A DNA stretch of 63,431 bases, counting the filler, from Craspedostauros australis (taxonomy: Eukaryota): assembly GCA_030167865.1 (NCBI GenBank). It is 15 parts of 15 records of this genome, joined end to end, with 100 filler letters (N's around TTAATTAATTAA, not from the genome) between each part and the next. Parts side by side here need not be neighbours in the genome. Positions count along the whole stretch, not along the records: positions 56,335 to 58,662 come from JALAGF010001678.1; positions 58,763 to 60,442 come from JALAGF010001679.1; positions 60,543 to 62,041 come from JALAGF010001681.1; positions 62,142 to 63,431 come from JALAGF010001682.1; 11 more parts are not named here. One strand, 5' to 3'. The notes under the pieces were generated by a model. The model did no database searches, was not told the origin of the DNA, and saw only the letters and a list, made by a program, of their open reading frames with translations. Position 1 is the stretch's first letter; each line of letters opens with the position of its first letter. Positions 56,805-63,431 of this stretch are shown piece by piece. The translations under genes were made by a program, and so were the position numbers.

Positions 56805-58662
56805 TTAGATTCCAGGAATCCTGGCTATTTCCAATGATGTGAGGAGGCCAACCTGAGTTGGAGGTGGTCTAGTGAAATTGGTCCCTTCCAGAGCAAGAAA
56901 GCCGAGTGCTGTCAGTTGACCCATCTCAGATGGAAGCTGCCCAGTGAAGTTGGTATATCTCAGATCAAGAGAGGTGAGAGCTGTCAGTTGACCAATCTCG
57001 GATGGAAGCCGCCCAGTGAAGTGTGCCCATGCCAGGCTAAGACTTCCCAATGCTGTCAGCTGACCAATCTCAGATGGAAGACACCCAGTGAAGCCGGTAT
57101 ATCCCAGGGTAAAATAGTTGAGCGCTGCCAGTTGACCAATCTCAGATGGAAGTGGTCCAGTGAACTTGGTCTCTTCTAGAACAAGAAATGTGAGCGCTGT
57201 CAGTTGATCAATCTTGGATGGAAGCTGCCCAGTGAAGTCAGTAGATCCCAGATCAAGAAATGTGAGTGCTGTCAGTTGATCAATCTTGGATGGAAGCTGC
57301 CCAGTGAAGTCAGTAGATCCCAGACGAAGATAGGTGAGCGCTGTCAGTTGAGCAATCTCGGATGGAAGCTGTCCAGTGAAGTCGGTGGAATCCAGGTAAA
57401 GACGTTTCAGTGCTGTCAGTTGACCAATCTCAGATGGAAGCCGCTCAGTGAAGTGTACCTGGTTCAGATCAAGATGTCCCAATGCTGTCAGCTGACCAAT
57501 CTCGGATGGAGCCTGTCCAGTGAAGTCGACCCGTCCCAGATCAAGATAGGTGAGTGCTGTCAGTTGACCAATCTCGGATGGAAGCTGTCCAGTGAAGTCA
57601 GTCAATCCCAGATCAAGATAGGTGAGCGCTGTCAGTTGACCAATCTCGGATGGAAGCTGCCCAGTGAAGTCAGTGGAATCCAGACCAAGCCAGATGAGAG
57701 CTGTCAGCTGACCAATCTCGGATGGAAGCTGTCCAGTGAAGTCGGTGAAATCCACGTTGAAAAAGATGAGCGCTGTCAATTGACCAATCTTGGATGGAAG
57801 CTGCCCAGTGAAGTCGGTCCGTTTTAGATCAAGAGAGGCGAGCGCTGTCAGCTGCCCAATCTCGGATGGAAGCTGCCCAGTGAAGTCAGTCCATAATAGA
57901 TCAAGATAGGTGAGCGCTGTCAGTTGACCAATCTCAGATGGAACCTGTCCAGTGAAGCGGGTGTAACTCAGCTCAAGCATTGTGAGTGCTACCAGTTGAC
58001 CAATCTGGGATGGAAGCTGTCCAGTGAAGTCAGCACCTGCCAGATCAAGATAGGTGAGCGCTGTCAGTTGACCAATCTCGGATGGAAATTGTCCAGTGAA
58101 TTTGGTCCGTCCTAGACGAAGATCAGCGATCGCTGTCAGTTGGCCAATTTTAGATGGAAGTGGTCCAGCGAAGTTGTTGAAAGACAGGTCCAGATGTGTC
58201 AATTGTGGAAGTTGATACAATTCTGACGGAAACGCACCTTCCAGTTCCATGTACACTAGAGTTAGCTCTGATAGCATACTCAACATGGCAATGTGACTGA
58301 AGATGATACCATCGATCTGTCCGCGAGTCCTGGAAGTCATTTCCATTGACCATTGCTCAAGGTGTGAGAGATGATGCAGGGCTGGATCAAGCATGCCCCG
58401 CATGCCTTCGTCACCCAAAGCTACTTCTACCACATGCCCATCAACGCATGTCACACCACCAGAGGAAGAGTGCCAGTCACATACGTCAGCATCTGATAGA
58501 AAGCCCATCTTGTCGTTCCAATTGGCTCCATTGAGTGAGTAGTACATGCTCACCACTGCATAGTACTCCAATAGCTGCGTGGCATTGGCTTGTGCATCTT
58601 CCGCGATCAATGATGTGAGATCTGGGTGGTTGCTGTTTGCCATCCAGTTCAACGTCTGGTGT
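56805..58662 (-). CDS. Leucine-rich repeat protein, 24-aa plant-specific-type LRRs (about 19 regular + 2 degenerate), diatom-type Cys N-cap; 5' partial
   Basis: N-cap LNWM...YYSLNGANW...VCDW...GVTC and unit TALxxLxLxxTDFTGQLPSEIGQL, with 72-bp DNA periodicity over about 56850-58210. Confidence 0.93.
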
Positions 58663-59371
58663 NNNNNNNNNNNNNNNNNNNNNNNNNNNNNNNNNNNNNN
58701 NNNNNNTTAATTAATTAANNNNNNNNNNNNNNNNNNNNNNNNNNNNNNNNNNNNNNNNNNNNTGAACACGAAGCACACGAGCAATTGATGGACAGTGAAA
58801 AAGCCAAAACTGACTGGTACGTACAACTGCACGCTAACCCGATGCGCGTGAAAGCGTCGCTGTCTGCAGCGTACAACGCCAAACAACGCAAGGAAAAGAA
58901 GGAGGCCGCTCTCATCAAGACAGACACCAACACAACACCCAGCACAACAAGCAAAACAACAGCAACAGCATCCACAATCGTGGCCATCCATAATGTGCCA
59001 GGCGAAACAGAGGAGGAACGAATTGAAGAGGAGTNGCAGAAAGAGGAAGAGGAATTGGACCATCAGATGTGGTGTGATGCTCACACCATGAAGGCGAACA
59101 CAGAAAGTGAGGCTGTGTTGGATGATGAGACGGAAATTTTGTGATGGCTGTGCATCACCGCGATAACACTAGTTGTGGAGTTTTGTGGGCGACAGACCAT
59201 GCTACTAAAGCGAGTCTAGAGGCCATCCAAAAATCACTTCTAATATCTGCTTGTCATGCTATATCTCAACAACACATCGTCTACAATTAAATCTAAACAG
59301 TGCGTTCATACGCCTGACTAGTGTTTATACAGAATATCGAAGTTAAATTGACAAAGAAATTATTTTTAGTG

Positions 59372-60134
59372 TCATGTTGGTCCACCACACAGTTGTGTGG
59401 TGGATTCACAAAATTCTCGACCAAGCAATGTTGCCCTCCAATCAGCACCCATGATCATCATCATCATCATCCTGGTATTTTGATAAACTGCGCACCACAA
59501 TGGCTCGGTATTCCCCCCATCTATCCACTCCGTGAAGATGGGCCACAGATACCCACATGACATGGCCCAAAGTGTCCCTGCAGTGAAAAAGAGCGTTATC
59601 AAAAAACCATTCGCAATCTGGATGCAGTGTGGATACGGATACATACCTCATTCATCCAATCCTTGCAGCCCCTTCACGTGGTCCTCGTGCATTATCATAC
59701 TCCCTGGCGACACGCTGATGTATCCAGAATGGGCTGGGCATGTGTGCTCCCAAAGATACACCTCCATTTGGTGATGCCATTGAATTTTTGGGGCACCCAC
59801 CAACAACGACCATTCGACGGATATGGTGGGGTGCCGCCTCTTGTAGACCGTCTCCGCGGCGCAAACTTCGCGAGGTGAATCTTCCATTGATTCCGTACGC
59901 ATCTTGTATGGGTGGCTTGGTGATTGTGTGAGTTGGCGATGGTGCCCTGCACAGCCAAAGCCACATGATGGAATCCCCACGACACACCGCGAAAACTCTT
60001 GCCCTCCACTTTTTCCTCCGCGCGGAGGCCTTCCCGGTCCTCCCCGAGCCTGAAACTTCGTGTGAATCTTGGTCTTGGCCTCCTGGATCCATCCTGCCCA
60101 TCCATAGGCGTTGGGGTGGGTTGTGGATGGAGTA
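59372..60134 (-). pseudogene. Degraded ORF, possibly an OTU-like protease of a DNA transposon
   Basis: One frame reads through a single TGA (GLDE*GMYPYPHCIQIANGF...YLWP...AVYQN) with an upstream SCGF. The resemblance is weak. Confidence 0.25.
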
Positions 60135-60542
60135 NNNNNNNNNNNNNNNNNNNNNNNNNNNNNNNNNNNNNNNNNNNNNNNNNNNNNNNNNNNNNNNNNN
60201 NNNNGGCCATATGCAACGAGGCAATCTGGTGCGAAATTGTGACGTTTGATCTGGGGCCTGCGACGGCCCCAAATCAAGCGCTCTCGCGACCCCCTCTCGT
60301 CCACCCACCAACGGCTGCATCGCGGTGACGGCGATGTGCTTGGATTTTGTGGTGGATCACTGGTTGGTGCGGCGCAGTGATTGCCGTTGGACGGCCATTG
60401 TGGCGTTTTTTGGTGTTCCGCCATTGTCATGTTGTTGTTTTTNNNNNNNNNNNNNNNNNNNNNNNNNNNNNNNNNNNNNNNNNNNNTTAATTAATTAANN
60501 NNNNNNNNNNNNNNNNNNNNNNNNNNNNNNNNNNNNNNNNNN

Positions 60543-61326
60543 CTGCAGCGAATGCAGTCTCTTCCTTGTTACTGTTGTTCTCACGTCTGTTGCCGCCGAG
60601 TTTGAGGTATCGGCCGTCGTAGGTGGAACTGACAGCCTCGCGGATGTCTTCGAGGGTCATGGTATCCTCCATACCGTCGAACTTGAGCTCCAAGAGCTTG
60701 ACGTCCGTCTCGTATTCCCTTCCGAGGGCGTTGAGTACGAGCATGTGGTACTGTTGCATATCTATCTTGATACCAGTACTACTGAGGCGATTACGCAGCA
60801 CTTCCATCTCGGTCAGGAACATGTCTGGGTGCTCGCCTTTCTTCAACCGCATCCCGTTGAGTTGAGCCAACAACTTTGCCTTGANAGGCGCAGTNCGTTG
60901 CTCATAGATGCGTTCAAGGGCCTTCCACGCCTTGCGTGGGTCTCCACTATCAGTGGGCCCGCCCTTGGTTCCCACCACAGCCATGAAGGCGACATTGCCT
61001 TCCGTAGTTTCATGGTTAATTGCCATGGCCAGTTCTTCAAACGCGCACTTAGCCAGCCCATTCTTGTATACCTCTTTCTCCTCAGCAGTCATCGAGGCTA
61101 TCTTCTTCGCGATAGACTCACCCTCTTCGATCTTTACATCGGAGATGAGGGCGCTGGGGCCAAAGGGAGCTGGCTTCACCTCCACCTTGTCTAGATCCAT
61201 GAGATACAGGTCCTCAAGGCCCCTGCCCGCGGCGCGAGCTAGGAACTTGATGCTCCAACCTGTCCAGCTGGAACGCTTGCCGTCGAAGATAACGACGCGG
61301 TCGTTCTTGCGGAGATAGGAGCTCAT
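60543..61326 (-). CDS. Ty1/Copia gag (Retrotran_gag_2/UBN2-like), 3' truncated
   Basis: MSSYLRKNDRVVIFDGKRSSWTGWSIKFLARA, AWKALERIYE, HPDMFLTEMEVLRNRL, VLNALGREYE and ETAFAA. It lies 82 bp from the LTR end. Confidence 0.88.
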
Positions 61327-61407
61327 GGTGGTGTGGTGGTGGTGATGTTTGTTGCTGTGTTGGTGGGTGATGGAAACGTTGGATTTCAATCGTCACGTTT
61401 CGAAACG

Positions 61408-61678
61408 TGTTGGAAATCCGGGGTTATAGTAGTAGACTAATCTGTTATCAGTCTGTACCGTTTTAGAACTGTGAGTACAACATGCTCATCTCCTTTCGAT
61501 TCCAATTCACAACAAGCATGGTCTGCAGCAGCCACCCAAAGTTACACCCTTTAGCTTGGCTCCTTTCATCTGCATCTCCATCTTGCGTTCATCATGGTTC
61601 ATCGCTTGCTTAGCTGAGAGTTGGAGAGTACCTACATTCGTCAAGTTCATACTCGTAGACCTGTAGGTACCTCTCCTT
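61408..61678 (-). mobile_element. 5' LTR (U5 end ...ATAACCCCGGATTTCCAACA) of the gag-bearing element
   Basis: Ends in CA on the minus strand just upstream of gag. Its homology with the 11747 copy stops exactly at this base. The distal boundary is lost in the N gap. Confidence 0.75.
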
Positions 61679-62789
61679 NNNNNNNNNNNNNNNNNNNNNN
61701 NNNNNNNNNNNNNNNNNNNNNNNNNNNNNNNNNNNNNNNNNNNNNNNNNNNNNNNNNNNNNNNNNNNNNNNNNNNNNNNNNNNNNNNNNNNNNNNNNNNN
61801 NNNNNNNNNNNNNNNNNNNNNNNNNNNNNTTAGGTTCTCAGGGACGCGTCGACTTGTTCAGATATATTGGTTGTCGCGCTCATTCGATTCACTCAGGGCT
61901 GGTGTGTTGCCATCGTCATAGACCTCTCGGTTCCCGACCGTTATTGGAACATGGCCGAGTAGGCCACTGGATGAGGGTGCTTGGATGTCGCATAAGACAG
62001 GTAAGGCCATTGGGCTGTCTGAGTGCAACTGGTCGATTGCTNNNNNNNNNNNNNNNNNNNNNNNNNNNNNNNNNNNNNNNNNNNNTTAATTAATTAANNN
62101 NNNNNNNNNNNNNNNNNNNNNNNNNNNNNNNNNNNNNNNNNGCCATGTTTTGTCCTTTTTCTTGTCCGGCAATATTGTGGTTGTATTTCGACCAGAAATG
62201 TGGACAAATTGTTGGGTGTTCCAGGAGTGCTTTGTCGTGCAAATTTTGGCTGTGACTGTTTCACTCGGACACTCGCACTGTTTTTTCCATCTCGGCATCG
62301 AATCGTGGAACATGTTCTCATTTGTGCCTTTTTTCTGCGTTGGCCACACCGAAACAGTGTTTCCACTGCGTCGCCTTTGGCGCATTCGCCCAGCATGTTG
62401 GTCGGTTTGCACGTACACTGCAGTTTTGAACCGTTTGCNCCCCAAGGCGCGATGTGCCACGGATGTCATTGTGGTTGTTGCAGTTCCGAATAAGCAGTTT
62501 CAGAATGAGCGGTTCAAGTAACAACATTCGGGCATTTGTTAGCCCCTTTCTATACCGATTAATGTGATTTTGAGACTAATTCATGGCTTTTTGTCCATCT
62601 TGACAAAAAACAGCATTACTTAGACCCATTCTTGTCGCTTGTTGTGCGGCTTGTGACAATATCAGGGCAATCAAAGTCATGGAAAGTGCCATTTTGGACC
62701 AAAATGTCGCCTTTTGGGGTCTCTGTGACGCTAGTTGGTGTGTGATGTAGTGCGACATGGTTGCGACCATTCCAACTAGGGCGTCTTCG

Positions 62790-63431
62790 ACAACACGAAC
62801 GGACTGTCCGATCCTGCTAGGTCTTTTCACGACATTCCAAGTGACTGGCGAACGCTGCTGCGGAATGTGACATTGCGATTCTCTCGGTTTCGACTCACCA
62901 AGTGGTATTCGACTGTACCGGCAAATTGTTCGATACTGCATGGTCTGTTCGCAACATTCCAAGTCACCGGCAAACACCGCTGTGGAATGCGAAGTTGCAA
63001 TTTGCTCGTTCTCGACTCTACAGGTTGTATTCGACCGTACCGGCAATTTGTCCGATACTACATGGTCTGTTCGCGACGTTCCAAGTCACCATCAAACACT
63101 GCTGTGGAATGCGACATTGCAATTTGCTCATTCTCGACTCCACAGGTTGTATTCGGCCGTACCGGCAAATTGTCCGATACTACATGGTTTGTTCGCGACA
63201 TTCCATGTCATTCACACCCAACGCCGCAGGATGCGACATTGCAATTTGCTCGTTCTTGACTCCACAGGTTGTATTCGGCTGTACCAGCTAATTGTCCGAT
63301 ACTACCTGGTCTGTTCGCGACGTTCCATGTCATTCACGCCCAATGCTGTAGGATGCGACATTGCAATTTGCTCGTTCTTGACTCACCAGGTTGTATTCGA
63401 CCACTCTAATAGATTTGCCAATACTACATGG
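62790..63431. repeat. 122-bp tandem repeat, at least 5 copies, running off the window end
   Basis: The marker GTATTCG occurs at 62905, 63027, 63149, 63271 and 63393. Confidence 0.93.

Noticed and set aside
56850..58210. Repeat-spacer appearance suggesting a CRISPR array
   Set aside because: The 72-bp period is in frame and encodes LRRs, and the variable parts keep the LxL pattern.

Overview
This is not a contiguous locus. It is a concatenation of 15 eukaryotic contigs joined by an artificial 100-bp linker (44 N + TTAATTAATTAA + 44 N), so adjacency across linkers has no biological meaning. The content points to a diatom-like stramenopile (inference): GT-AG introns, a (CCCTAA)n telomere, diatom-type LRR, trypsin and DUF6824-like proteins, and Ty1/Copia elements. 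Host genes: a COG3899-type STAND ATPase-TPR protein, intron-containing RFC2, a YebC/TACO1 protein, a Zn-ribbon protein, a 3481-aa low-complexity protein with a duplicated CxxC domain, a spliced DUF6824-like gene, a putative NTPase + PD-(D/E)XK (Crinkler-like) gene broken by an LTR, a multi-domain trypsin, and an LRR gene made of about 19 72-bp units with a constant framework and a hypervariable cassette. Repeats and mobile DNA: a 2-kb foldback element with about 195-bp internal repeats, several Copia fragments and LTRs, a telomere with subtelomeric repeats, and 50-bp and 122-bp satellites. The most intriguing signals are (i) the hypervariable LRR array, (ii) Copia 5' LTRs followed by hairpins or palindromes instead of a canonical TGG tRNA primer-binding site, (iii) a covarying stem-loop + CCGCACCTCCC module reiterated in one LTR family, and (iv) the foldback element. 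All family assignments come from motif recognition by eye; no database searches were run.
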